Virus record (IMG/VR): IMGVR_UViG_3300009424_000315
Coordinates: 1 to 24,409 of that record
DNA length: 24,409 nucleotides
DNA from: a virus
Lineage: Duplodnaviria > Caudoviricetes
Strand: one strand, 5' to 3'
The notes beneath the pieces were generated by a model that ran no database searches, was not told where the DNA came from, and saw only the letters and a list, made by a program, of their open reading frames with translations. Below are positions 13,153 through 22,529 of this stretch, piece after piece; the stretch's first letter is position 1; each line of letters begins with the position of its first letter. The translations under genes were made by a program, and so were the position numbers.

Positions 13153-16100
13153 TTATTTTATACTTTCTTCAAATATAGTAGGAGCATCTTCAGGATGGCG
13201 GCGCGCAACGTCCCGATATATAGCACCCAACATTTTGCTCTGAGGAACACCAGCCTCTTGCTTCGCCCGTGCGAGGTCGCGGCGAGCCAAGGATTGTTGC
13301 AGCGCTTGCCGCGTAATAGCAAGGCCCTTTGGCGCTTCACGATTAAAAGCTACTATTCGGTCGATGATTTCCTTGCGTGTTTCTTCGGTCCCACGCCAGC
13401 GTGCCTCGTCATAAATCCCCATAAGTGCAGTCCGGCGCCCTGTCCAGTAAGACTGAGCGTCCGCTTGCGCGATGATCCTATCCCAGCGGCGGCTCAAGCG
13501 GGTTACTTGGAAGCCGCCAGCACGGGCGATGATTTCGGCAAGTTGCTCCGGGTCTTCTATGTCAAAGTCCAAGACTGTTGACCCAGAAGCTGAACGCTCG
13601 CGCCCTTCCTCGGCGAACCTGACCGCCTGAGACATATCGCGCAAAGCGCGCGGCATAGCCATTTCCCAGCGTTTCAAATCATTAAGTTGATATTGATCCC
13701 CGGCGGAAAGAAACTTACCGAGTCCAAATAAGATTGCAAATGAAGCTCCGCCAATATCTTTAGCAGAATTTGCAACACGATCATTGAAGTCTCCTGTTGC
13801 AGGTCCAAGAGCTGTTGCACCCGGAATAATCCGGCCAAGTCCAATAGCTCCAGACATATTAATTTCTGGAACCGGCATACCGAGAGCTGCGCCTGCGGCA
13901 GCCAAGCCAAACCCTGTCCGGCCCGCGCCATATAAAGCTGTCTCGGCAAGTTGCGAGTCCTCCCCAAACATCTCTATCATAAACGCGCGTATTTCTTCTT
14001 TCGGAGAATAGTAAGTATTGAATAAATTTCGACCGAGAAAACGTGTAAGAGCTTCTAAATCTTCTGCACCGGGCAGGCCCATAACTCCCGCCATCGCCAA
14101 CAGTAATAATAAATATCGCCCGCGCCCATGTCCGTAGCGAGAAAAGAAAAGCATGTTCTGCGCAAAACTAAAGAAAGTAAAAAACACGCTAGGCCTGCCT
14201 TGCATAAAGCGAGGCCGTGCCCAAGCTGCATACTCAAACTGTGTTGTAATTACTGCGTCTTTACCGGAGATAAAAGCAAACGCCTCAAGCGGAGACATGC
14301 CTTTCTCAAGTGCAGCTTTATAATCTGTGTCATACTTTCCAATTAATTCGTTTCGGTGCTTAACAGTCGGATTTTGCCGGGCAAGTTCTACCCCCATTCT
14401 AAACGTAACACGCCGGTTTAGTTTCTCGGTCTGCTCGAACATATATCCGGCAGCTTTTCCGGCCCAGCGAATATTGCGACCAACCCAAGTGTTGCTTGCT
14501 GTCCAGCTTAATGTTCCCTCAGCTGTCGCCGCAAGTTCAGTTGCCATACTTTCATCAACAAACCCTTGCTCCACAGCTAGCGAGATTTGACGCTCATCTT
14601 CGGCAGAAATATTCTGCGCATTAGGTTGTGCAAAAAGTTTTTGAATTTGGCCTGTAACTTTAGCTAACATTGGAATAGTTTTATGTTCCCCAAACCGAGA
14701 AGAAAGATAAGGTAGTGTAACCATTGGAACTTGTGTTAAGTTAAGAGCAGCACTTGCCGGAGAAAACCCAAGCCACCAAGTAAAGGCTATGCTTCTTAAA
14801 GCTGCCCATTCTTCCGGGGGGTTAAGCACATAATCTGTATGCTGCGTAACATGGTCGATTATTTCACGACGACGTGTTACATCAAAGCCGTTGTCGCCTA
14901 ACGCCGTTGTAGCTTGACCAGCTTCGTCAATATTGCGCCGCATTTGCGGACCGTATTCTAATCTAGCAATATGGCTCGCGCCGTGGTGAAAGTAATCTGC
15001 ATAAGCACGCATCGCATCGCGGCTATATCCAGCAATATTCTTACGTTTTGCAAAATGCTTTTTAAAACTTTCCGCCGGAGAGAAACTTATCTTCAACCCA
15101 CGGAAAAAATCTTCCAGCTTTGCGCGATCTTGGCTTGATAAGTTTGGTAAAGTATCTAACACTTGCCCTTCGATACTAGCAATTAAACTCGGAGGCAAAC
15201 CCTGAAAAGATTTACCTTGATCTGGAATTTTATCCAGACGTAATGTGTAGCCTTGTGTCGCGGGATACTTTGCCCTCAGACCCCCGTAAGCAGATTTCTG
15301 TTCTTTCTTTGTGGCAAATTGCTCCATGTAAACAACATCGCCTTTATTGTCTTTAACAACAGCCGTAAATTCTCCAAATCGTGCATGAGGAAAGTAAGGT
15401 CGCGCGCGAAGTGTGTCAAACTCTGTTTGAATTTCCTGAACTTTAATCGCGGCAAGCGGGTTATCACTCCCGGGATAAAGACGCTGCACGTCGTTTAATA
15501 TAACTTCTTCCATCTTACCAAGCACAGCTTCGAAATCTTTCCGAATTCTAACATACATCCGTAAAGCATTATCTTCATCTTGGAAAGCATAGCGCTTTGC
15601 AAGAGTGCGTAATTCTGCTGCAGTCGGTTGCCGAATAACACCAGCTTTCACTTCTTCCGGCGTCCGATAGTTCATCTGCTCTACGTCAAAAATAAAGTCA
15701 GAAAGTTTATCCGCATCAGCTTTTCCAAGCGTCTGCCATAACCTCAGCGTCTCACTTGCGCGCGAGGTCCACTTCATTTTTTCGTTAAACCAGCGCGCAA
15801 CTAATTGCGTATGCGTGCGAAGCCAGCCAATGTGGGGATTACGCTCTGCTAACTGCAAAATAGTAAATCCAAATTTATACATCTTATCGTATTTATCAGC
15901 AAGCGTTCCGGCTTGCTGAATATTCTGCATAACGGGCGCGGGTAAATTAAGTTTCTTTGCAAAAGCAATAATATTATTCCTCGCGTTCTCCCCGCTTGTT
16001 ACATCTTTATCTTGCGATAACCTTGCCTTCGTAACTAGAGCTAACTCCCCAGAAGCTATGTTATAGAAAATATCTTCTACGTTGTTAAACCCGAGACCGC

Positions 16101-19100
16101 GGCTCCAGTTAATAAGCGCTTTGAAGAAGTTCGATATTTTACCAAAAACAGTTTTAACTTTTGGCCCGGTCCTAACGTTATTCTCAAACTCGTGCGCAAT
16201 AGCTTCTTCTAACTTTTTCTCATAAGATAACTCTGGGTAACGCTCGTTAATATTATACTTGTCAATCCAGCTTTCGTTGATAGCCGCATTTCGCAGCACT
16301 GCCCATTCCGCTTCCGTAAACAAACCTAATTCTTTAAGGGCGTGAATAGCCTCATGATGCAAAATTGCTTTACCATCAGCAGCAAGCACGGCGATCCGTA
16401 ACCCAGCTTCTTCACGCGCTAGATACCCGCGCCATTTCCCCGCGTCTGGATTATTCGGATCAAGCATAGATAATTTAACATTACTTAGCCCCATTTTATT
16501 CAGGGCTTCGCGGAGGGTTTTAAACTCATACTCAGTAAGCCGCGCGCCGGTTGCTATAGTCCCGTCGCTTTTTGCATAACTATAGAATTGGTTTTTGCCA
16601 AAGTTAGTATTGAAAACACTTTTAACTCCAGAGGGGTTAACCGGGAGAATTACACTTCCTTTATATCCCGTGTTAAAAGGATCATCATTAGTAGTATTTT
16701 TAACAACTTTTCCTGCTGCGTTTGTAATTAGCTCAAAAACAGTTCCCATATTATCACTAGTGTTTCGGAGAATAACCCCATCAAACCCGCCCTCTACGGC
16801 TATATTAAGTAATTTATTATAAAGGTCTGGAGAATATCCCCCGTTATGGTTGTGAATTAAAGGTTTTTTAAAATTAACAAATAGTGGAACAAGTGCACCG
16901 GGCTTATTCTTTTTAATAGAGTGCCACATATAAGAACTAGATTTAGTAATATTATTAGATGTGTAAATTATAAGAGCTGGGTGTTTTGTTTCCGGGCCTC
17001 CGACAGCTTTTCCTTTTACTGATTTACTTACCTTAGAAAACCACCCTGTCGTAATTCCCTGTTCTTCAGTTACTAATCCAACTTTGTTGGCTACTGTAGT
17101 GTTAGCCCCGTGAAAAATGACAATAGGATTAGTGCCGTCATGTGTAACAGCTGGATGCGCACCGGCAAACCATTCTTGAAATTTCGGGTTTGCGACAGCT
17201 GCTTTATACCAAGCACTGTTATAAATTGTGGGGTATACCCAGCTTTTCTGAAGATAGTTCTGCACCTCGTGGTCATTTTTAATCTTGTTTAAAGCAGCTT
17301 CATAGTCTTTCCACTCAGGTTCAACCGAGAATGCGGGTGATTTTACAGCAGAAAGTGGAGACACTGTAATACCCGACGAAGCAGTAGTGTTCGTCTTCTC
17401 TTCGTTGAACGCTGTAACTGAAGTATTAAAACTTTGTTTACTAAAAGCTTTTACGGAGTCTTTTAAAATCTTTGTTATTTCATCTGGGTTATCTTTATTC
17501 TCAATAAGGAGTGCGGCAAAAGTATTATTAAGATTAGTATCATTATTGAAGAAAAATGAGCTAAAATTCTCTGCGTTTCCTTCTAAAATAATATTGTTAC
17601 TTTCGAGTATATCAGCAAACTTTAAAATATCTTGCTTGTCTAAAATAGTTCCAGAAGCAGAAGAATGTTCAAAAAGTATTTTAGCTAACTTCGGATCGCT
17701 GAAATAAAAATCATCGTCAGACTCCGACTCTGGGTCTTGAAGTGGGGCAAAACCATTCGGGTCATTAAGATTATCAAGAGCATCGAGAGATTTAAAAGCA
17801 CTGTCAGGTGTAAAGTCGGCATCTAAAGCCGAATCTTGTGGGGCAGCTGGAACAGTTTTCGCGCTCGTCGCTTGTGTAGCTTTCTTCTGTTCAGCTTTAA
17901 ACTCCAGATAAGAAGAAATAATCGCGTCATTAATTGTAGTTTGTGTTGTGCTTTTTTTAATTTTATCTGCAAAATCTTGATTTTTAGAATTTGACAGCCA
18001 AGAAGCAAACGAACTAAAAGACCCATCTGGCGGAAGTGTTCCGTTTATAATAGCCTTTTTACCATTAAGCAAAACCTCTCCCGGAACATACGGAACTTTA
18101 AAGTTAGTTGCAGGAATGGCGGCTGAATTTAAACCGTCCGTGACGGGCGGGAGAGGCGAGGGGAGAGGAGAGGCGAGGGGAGGGGAGGAGGCCGGTTTTA
18201 CCAGAGGTTCACCTAGCACATTGTTAGACGGTATCGCGGCGGCGGGCGTTGCGGGTGCGGGCGTTGCGGGCGCGGGCGCAGGTGCGGCGGGCGCTCCAAC
18301 TAAATCTTCTTCCGTAAGCGGAGCATCTCCGAGTTTAGCCTTCAATACCGCCGGATCATCTTTAATTAACTTCGATACGCCAGCTGCCGCACCGGTAAAG
18401 GCCCCACCAGCGGCGCCACCAATCAAAGCTGCGTTGACTAATTCTTCTACAAGTTGATCGGATTTTTCAACCTCATTTTCTTTCGGGTTAATCAACACAC
18501 GCAGTAAGTCAGGCTTTGCCTGCCCAATTTCTATTGCTTGCTGAATAACTTCCGTTACGCTTTCGTCTCGTGCGCCTCGCACAATCTCCCGTGCAATACC
18601 TTTTTTAGCAACGGCCCCGGCAATCCTTATACCAAGCGCATCGCCGATTAAACCAAGTCCTTTCCCCATACCAATGCGGTCAAGGATAGCCTGACCAAAC
18701 CCGGCCCCGAAAGCTACATATTCATCGCGGTCAACATTTTCTTCATCTTGTCGCTGAAGGTTTCGCCCAGTATTAAACAGCAGACTTCCCGTTAAAGCAA
18801 TACCAGTCCCGATAATCCCGCCGACCGGGCCACCAAGCAAACCTCCTGCGATAATCGGCGCAGCTGTTATTCCCATTTCCGGGGCAGAAGAAGCAACATT
18901 ACCAAGCGTAAACTTCGCAGCATCGCCTACAGAATGAACGTCTGTAAAGCTCGGCACACTGATTGGTGTTTCAGCTGCAGACTGGTTAAAAGCTTTTGCA
19001 GTCTCGTTTGCGCCAAGTGCCGTAGCCGCAGCGCCCGCACTACTTAATGCACCGCTGCGCAAACCCGCTCCAATATCTTGTAATAAATTATTTTTCGCAG

Positions 19101-19266
19101 GAGTGTTCTGCACTTCCGGCGCAGCCACTGTTTCCGGTGCTGCTTTGAAAAACTTCGTGATCCCTCGTTCAAAAGGATCAGTTGTTGCTTGCTCTGGAGT
19201 ATTAACATCTACAGCAGACTTTGTTTTAAAGAACTTTTCAATACCAGCGTCAAACGGATCATCCAT
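13153..19266 (-). CDS. giant internal virion/ejection protein of polyvalent type (ART-like, zincin metallopeptidase-like and PLxRFG-like domains), 2037 aa
   Basis: Last gene of the tail/ejection operon, SD AAGGA. Gly/Ala-rich hydrophobic N-terminal region. F-x-x-WF...P-x-VIFHG...GFDGVI...VKSV; HHEAIH...EEAIA; YFPHARFG. Confidence 0.85.
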   Translation of the reverse strand: MDDPFDAGIEKFFKTKSAVDVNTPEQATTDPFERGITKFFKAAPETVAAPEVQNTPAKNNLLQDIGAGLRSGALSSAGAAATALGANETAKAFNQSAAETPISVPSFTDVHSVGDAAKFTLGNVASSAPEMGITAAPIIAGGLLGGPVGGIIGTGIALTGSLLFNTGRNLQRQDEENVDRDEYVAFGAGFGQAILDRIGMGKGLGLIGDALGIRIAGAVAKKGIAREIVRGARDESVTEVIQQAIEIGQAKPDLLRVLINPKENEVEKSDQLVEELVNAALIGGAAGGAFTGAAAGVSKLIKDDPAVLKAKLGDAPLTEEDLVGAPAAPAPAPATPAPATPAAAIPSNNVLGEPLVKPASSPPLASPLPSPLPPVTDGLNSAAIPATNFKVPYVPGEVLLNGKKAIINGTLPPDGSFSSFASWLSNSKNQDFADKIKKSTTQTTINDAIISSYLEFKAEQKKATQATSAKTVPAAPQDSALDADFTPDSAFKSLDALDNLNDPNGFAPLQDPESESDDDFYFSDPKLAKILFEHSSASGTILDKQDILKFADILESNNIILEGNAENFSSFFFNNDTNLNNTFAALLIENKDNPDEITKILKDSVKAFSKQSFNTSVTAFNEEKTNTTASSGITVSPLSAVKSPAFSVEPEWKDYEAALNKIKNDHEVQNYLQKSWVYPTIYNSAWYKAAVANPKFQEWFAGAHPAVTHDGTNPIVIFHGANTTVANKVGLVTEEQGITTGWFSKVSKSVKGKAVGGPETKHPALIIYTSNNITKSSSYMWHSIKKNKPGALVPLFVNFKKPLIHNHNGGYSPDLYNKLLNIAVEGGFDGVILRNTSDNMGTVFELITNAAGKVVKNTTNDDPFNTGYKGSVILPVNPSGVKSVFNTNFGKNQFYSYAKSDGTIATGARLTEYEFKTLREALNKMGLSNVKLSMLDPNNPDAGKWRGYLAREEAGLRIAVLAADGKAILHHEAIHALKELGLFTEAEWAVLRNAAINESWIDKYNINERYPELSYEKKLEEAIAHEFENNVRTGPKVKTVFGKISNFFKALINWSRGLGFNNVEDIFYNIASGELALVTKARLSQDKDVTSGENARNNIIAFAKKLNLPAPVMQNIQQAGTLADKYDKMYKFGFTILQLAERNPHIGWLRTHTQLVARWFNEKMKWTSRASETLRLWQTLGKADADKLSDFIFDVEQMNYRTPEEVKAGVIRQPTAAELRTLAKRYAFQDEDNALRMYVRIRKDFEAVLGKMEEVILNDVQRLYPGSDNPLAAIKVQEIQTEFDTLRARPYFPHARFGEFTAVVKDNKGDVVYMEQFATKKEQKSAYGGLRAKYPATQGYTLRLDKIPDQGKSFQGLPPSLIASIEGQVLDTLPNLSSQDRAKLEDFFRGLKISFSPAESFKKHFAKRKNIAGYSRDAMRAYADYFHHGASHIARLEYGPQMRRNIDEAGQATTALGDNGFDVTRRREIIDHVTQHTDYVLNPPEEWAALRSIAFTWWLGFSPASAALNLTQVPMVTLPYLSSRFGEHKTIPMLAKVTGQIQKLFAQPNAQNISAEDERQISLAVEQGFVDESMATELAATAEGTLSWTASNTWVGRNIRWAGKAAGYMFEQTEKLNRRVTFRMGVELARQNPTVKHRNELIGKYDTDYKAALEKGMSPLEAFAFISGKDAVITTQFEYAAWARPRFMQGRPSVFFTFFSFAQNMLFFSRYGHGRGRYLLLLLAMAGVMGLPGAEDLEALTRFLGRNLFNTYYSPKEEIRAFMIEMFGEDSQLAETALYGAGRTGFGLAAAGAALGMPVPEINMSGAIGLGRIIPGATALGPATGDFNDRVANSAKDIGGASFAILFGLGKFLSAGDQYQLNDLKRWEMAMPRALRDMSQAVRFAEEGRERSASGSTVLDFDIEDPEQLAEIIARAGGFQVTRLSRRWDRIIAQADAQSYWTGRRTALMGIYDEARWRGTEETRKEIIDRIVAFNREAPKGLAITRQALQQSLARRDLARAKQEAGVPQSKMLGAIYRDVARRHPEDAPTIFEESIK

Positions 19267-19280
19267 ACTCTTTTCCTTTA

Positions 19281-20228
19281 TTAGTTAGTTTTGGTAAGAG
19301 CTTCGAAAAGCTGACGCGGCGACATACCGCGCCCTCGTGCCGCATTGTTAAAAGCTTCTTGGTTTAACACTTGTTTTTTAACTGGATCAAAAATAGCAGG
19401 AGATAGTGTTCCCTCTCCTTGCGTGGCATCCTGCACGCCGGAAACTCCACTATCTAATGCAGGGCTTTCGCCGGTCGGCACAACATCTGAAACTGTCGGC
19501 TGCCCGCTTTTCGTAATCTGATCGTCAATAGCTTTTCCTTCCGCACTACCAGAAGCCCAAGCTTTTAAATATTGCGATGCCGCAGATACTCCAACTTTAT
19601 CCCGGATGCTTTTGTAGCGTGTAAAATTCATACCGTTTTTAAGGGATGTTTCAAGCGAAACTTCTTGTGCAAGAAAGTCATTAAGCTCCGGCTCCGGCTG
19701 TGTTCTGTTTCCGTTAAAATCAGCACTGTCTTCCCAAGCTTTATGCGCAGCTTTCCACGCAAGTTCAGCTCGTTTTTCTGGCGGTAGGCCGAGGGCGTTT
19801 GTCGTAGTTGCTGTGCTTTTTCCGGTTTTGTTTACACGCTGTTGCTGTAAATCTAACTCTCGGTTTCTTTGTTTATTCTCTAAATCTTGCTGTGCTTTTT
19901 GGGCATCCCGCTGTTCTGCTTCTATTTTACTCTTATCTGCTTCTGTTGCTGCACGCCCTGCCGCCGCAGCACCTTCACCTAGACTTGCTGTAATATCACC
20001 AGCAGTTCCGCGCGTAGTCGGATTTGAAATGCTAACAGCAAATTGCGCTAGCCCCGCAGCTAACGCAGGATTAGCTAACACTTCTTTCCACCCGAGATAA
20101 TTTTGCGCTATTGTCTGATCGCCGGTCGGCGCGTTGGGCGCTAAAACAGAACCGAGGTCTTGCTGTTGTTGTTTTGGCTGCTGTGGCTGTGGCGGGGTAA
20201 GCCCGGGGACAACTGCATCACGAAGCAT
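19281..20228 (-). CDS. putative internal virion (DNA ejection) protein
   Basis: SD GGAGG. Hydrophobic Ala/Gly segment followed by a Q/E/K coiled coil; located among ejection genes. Confidence 0.65.
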   Translation of the reverse strand: MLRDAVVPGLTPPQPQQPKQQQQDLGSVLAPNAPTGDQTIAQNYLGWKEVLANPALAAGLAQFAVSISNPTTRGTAGDITASLGEGAAAAGRAATEADKSKIEAEQRDAQKAQQDLENKQRNRELDLQQQRVNKTGKSTATTTNALGLPPEKRAELAWKAAHKAWEDSADFNGNRTQPEPELNDFLAQEVSLETSLKNGMNFTRYKSIRDKVGVSAASQYLKAWASGSAEGKAIDDQITKSGQPTVSDVVPTGESPALDSGVSGVQDATQGEGTLSPAIFDPVKKQVLNQEAFNNAARGRGMSPRQLFEALTKTN

Positions 20229-20231
20229 AAC

Positions 20232-20645
20232 TTACCTCCCCCGCATGAGTGCGGCGGCTAACCCTCCGGGAACCGGCGGGGTCGGCTGGGCAAAAGCAAT
20301 GTTTTGCTGGGCTAAACTCGGTGGCGCAAAATTAGTCACAAAGCCAGGATTTCCCCCTTGGATTGAAACACCAGCTCCTTTTGGGGGTTCCGGTGTCCGC
20401 ACCGCACCTAAAGCTTTTAAGAGGGTTGCTGTTTTATCTTGACCCTGCTGTGCTGGGTCCGGTGCCCCGGGCAAAGCTCCAGCTAACCCAGCGGGACGAG
20501 GCGTCGGTGTCGGCGCGGGGCTTCCGTCGGGGAACGTTAAACCCTGCCCTGCAGTTGGCGCAGGGACTCCCGATGCGGCAAGCTGCATTGCCGCCGCATC
20601 GGGATTTTGCTGAAGTAAAGCAAGAAGTTGTTCGAGCATTGTCAT
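20232..20645 (-). CDS. Pro/Ala/Gly-rich putative virion protein
   Basis: Perfect SD AAGGAGG directly after the upstream stop; tight operon spacing. Confidence 0.7.
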   Translation of the reverse strand: MTMLEQLLALLQQNPDAAAMQLAASGVPAPTAGQGLTFPDGSPAPTPTPRPAGLAGALPGAPDPAQQGQDKTATLLKALGAVRTPEPPKGAGVSIQGGNPGFVTNFAPPSLAQQNIAFAQPTPPVPGGLAAALMRGR

Positions 20646-20651
20646 GCCTCC

Positions 20652-21833
20652 TTAAAACAAGTCTCCAAGAGTTCTTCCGGCGCCGCCACCTAGAATTGCA
20701 CCTCCGAGTGTAGCTCCGAAGGGCCCCCCAATTAGCGCACCTGCTCCCATCCCCAAAAGACTGCCAATCCCGCCAAACTTCGATGTCTGCGGGCCTTGTC
20801 CGGTTGCAGTTGTAGAACCGGCGGGAATACCGAAACCGAGCGCAGCAACATCTTGTGCCGCAAGAAACGGAAGCATTTGTTCGGTTGTGAACCTTTGTGA
20901 TTGTTCACTTAACCTAGCTTGCTCTAGCCCTTGTTGTTCTGCACCAACGGCTCCGGTTATACCAGCAGGCAAAAGAGCAAGATTGCTAACATCTCCGCTT
21001 GCAAATAAGGAACGTAAAATATTCTCCAATGCGCTGTTTGTAGAAGATGTTGCAGCATTGATGTCTTGCCCCCTGTTTTGCGAACCGAGCTGAGCTAACG
21101 TTGATCCGGCTTGTGTTCCAAGTTGAGCAGCCTGCCCGATTTGATCGGACATAACCCCCAGTCCTTGATTGAAATTATTTGCTTGTAAATTAGCGGCAGT
21201 ATCTAAAGCTGAACGCGACGCATCACCGATCGCCAATCCTTCAGCAATACCTTGCCGCGAACTACCGAACATATTTCCACCAAGAAAATCACTTCTAATT
21301 CCAGGCAAAACAGACCGTTGTAAGTTGTCAAATACCGGGCGAATTGCTCCCTGAATTTGCGCCCCTAATACTGGATTAGTGCGGGGATCGAGCAAAGCTC
21401 CGCTTGTCAGAAAATTACGGCCCGCCGATGTTGCGTTAAAGTCTCCGACAACATCGCCCAATCCGCGGGCACCCCCGGCAGCCGAACCTGCTCCATTGCC
21501 AAAAACTTGTTGATCGAAGCCACCACTTAACGCGGTGCGGCCCATGAGATTTTGTAAAGAGTTTGTCGTTCCAGGTGTTAAACTTTGTGTCTGTCTTAAT
21601 GTATTTGCAGCGTCCCCGGCAATACCAGATACTGTTCCGGCTCCCTGTAAAGCTTGATTTTGAGCGCTTACTTGTGTAGGGTTAAATCCGCTAATTCCCG
21701 ACCCAGGAAATAACTTAGGAGGGTTTTTCAGGAAATCTTCAGCAACCGGAATAACGGGTTCGATAAGTCTCCGCTGTTCCGGGGAGAGTTCTCGTGTAGT
21801 TACCGTAGAAGATTGACCGCCACCACCGCTCAT
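20652..21833 (-). CDS. putative DNA pilot/ejection protein (393 aa)
   Basis: Likely start is MSGGGGQSSTVTT at 21833 (AGGAGG SD, TAATG overlap). Q/A/G-rich, contains FGSSRQGIAEG, and has a Gly-rich hydrophobic C-terminus, as is typical of podoviral ejection proteins. Confidence 0.75.
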   Translation of the reverse strand: MSGGGGQSSTVTTRELSPEQRRLIEPVIPVAEDFLKNPPKLFPGSGISGFNPTQVSAQNQALQGAGTVSGIAGDAANTLRQTQSLTPGTTNSLQNLMGRTALSGGFDQQVFGNGAGSAAGGARGLGDVVGDFNATSAGRNFLTSGALLDPRTNPVLGAQIQGAIRPVFDNLQRSVLPGIRSDFLGGNMFGSSRQGIAEGLAIGDASRSALDTAANLQANNFNQGLGVMSDQIGQAAQLGTQAGSTLAQLGSQNRGQDINAATSSTNSALENILRSLFASGDVSNLALLPAGITGAVGAEQQGLEQARLSEQSQRFTTEQMLPFLAAQDVAALGFGIPAGSTTATGQGPQTSKFGGIGSLLGMGAGALIGGPFGATLGGAILGGGAGRTLGDLF

Positions 21834-22315
21834 TAGCAGAGTCCTCCTTGCCTTATGTATTTCCGCGCCACAATTTCCGTCAGCGTATATCCGCACTTAG
21901 CTTGTGCATAATATGCTAACACTGGATGCGTTATTCCACGCACCATTGTGCAGCCAAGCCTACATGCCAGTGACTCGATATTCTCCATAATCGGTTTTTT
22001 ATACTTTCCAGGGTTACCAGCAACAAAGCGAATATCAAGCACTTTTGCTTTTGGGTAGCACACAAAATTAAACAACAGTAAAACACGTGGTTCAGTAAAA
22101 AGCCATCCAAACAGTAAACCGTCTTTTAGTTCTTCTACAATATCTTCTATGCTGTAAAAGTCACACCACAATGTTGGTTCGTCAAGTAAACGCAAAATAA
22201 CTTCTTCACAATTATCATCAATAGTTGTATAGTCGATCTTAACACACTTTGTTCCGGCGGGAAATTCCTCTCCATCAAGTGTTAAGTTTTTGCCAACTAG
22301 CTGAGCCGTATCCAT
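21833..22315 (-). CDS. virion-module protein, possibly GNAT-like fold
   Basis: Pattern YP-x-x-KVLDIRFVAG...A-x-x-LGC-x-x-V-x-G...GY, and position between tail and pilot genes as in many podoviruses. The fold is an inference. Confidence 0.6.
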   Translation of the reverse strand: MDTAQLVGKNLTLDGEEFPAGTKCVKIDYTTIDDNCEEVILRLLDEPTLWCDFYSIEDIVEELKDGLLFGWLFTEPRVLLLFNFVCYPKAKVLDIRFVAGNPGKYKKPIMENIESLACRLGCTMVRGITHPVLAYYAQAKCGYTLTEIVARKYIRQGGLC

Positions 22316-22529
22316 AGTAACCCTCTCCTGCTCCGGGGTTCCAGTCTATTCCATCTGCATACACTATCATGCCCTTGCGCGGTCGAGGCGGGGCAACATG
22401 GCTAACACGAAGTTGAATAAAGTCAGTTAATGCTGCAAACAAAACACTTATCGTAGATAATTCACGGAATATCTGTTCACGTAGTTCAGGGATGTCTTGC
22501 GCTGTTAAGTTCTGCGGTGTGTATTCCAT
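22275..22529 (-). CDS. small tail-associated protein (84 aa)
   Basis: ATG 22529 overlaps the upstream TGA. Contains P-x-RPRKGMIVYADG-x-x-WNPG-x-GEG-x-Y-x-Y...W-x-KL. Confidence 0.7.
   Translation of the reverse strand: MEYTPQNLTAQDIPELREQIFRELSTISVLFAALTDFIQLRVSHVAPPRPRKGMIVYADGIDWNPGAGEGYYGYGSASWQKLNT

Noticed and set aside
21834-21896. Extended start of the 414-aa ORF
   Set aside because: It overlaps the upstream gene; ATG 21833 has an AGGAGG SD and a TAATG coupling.
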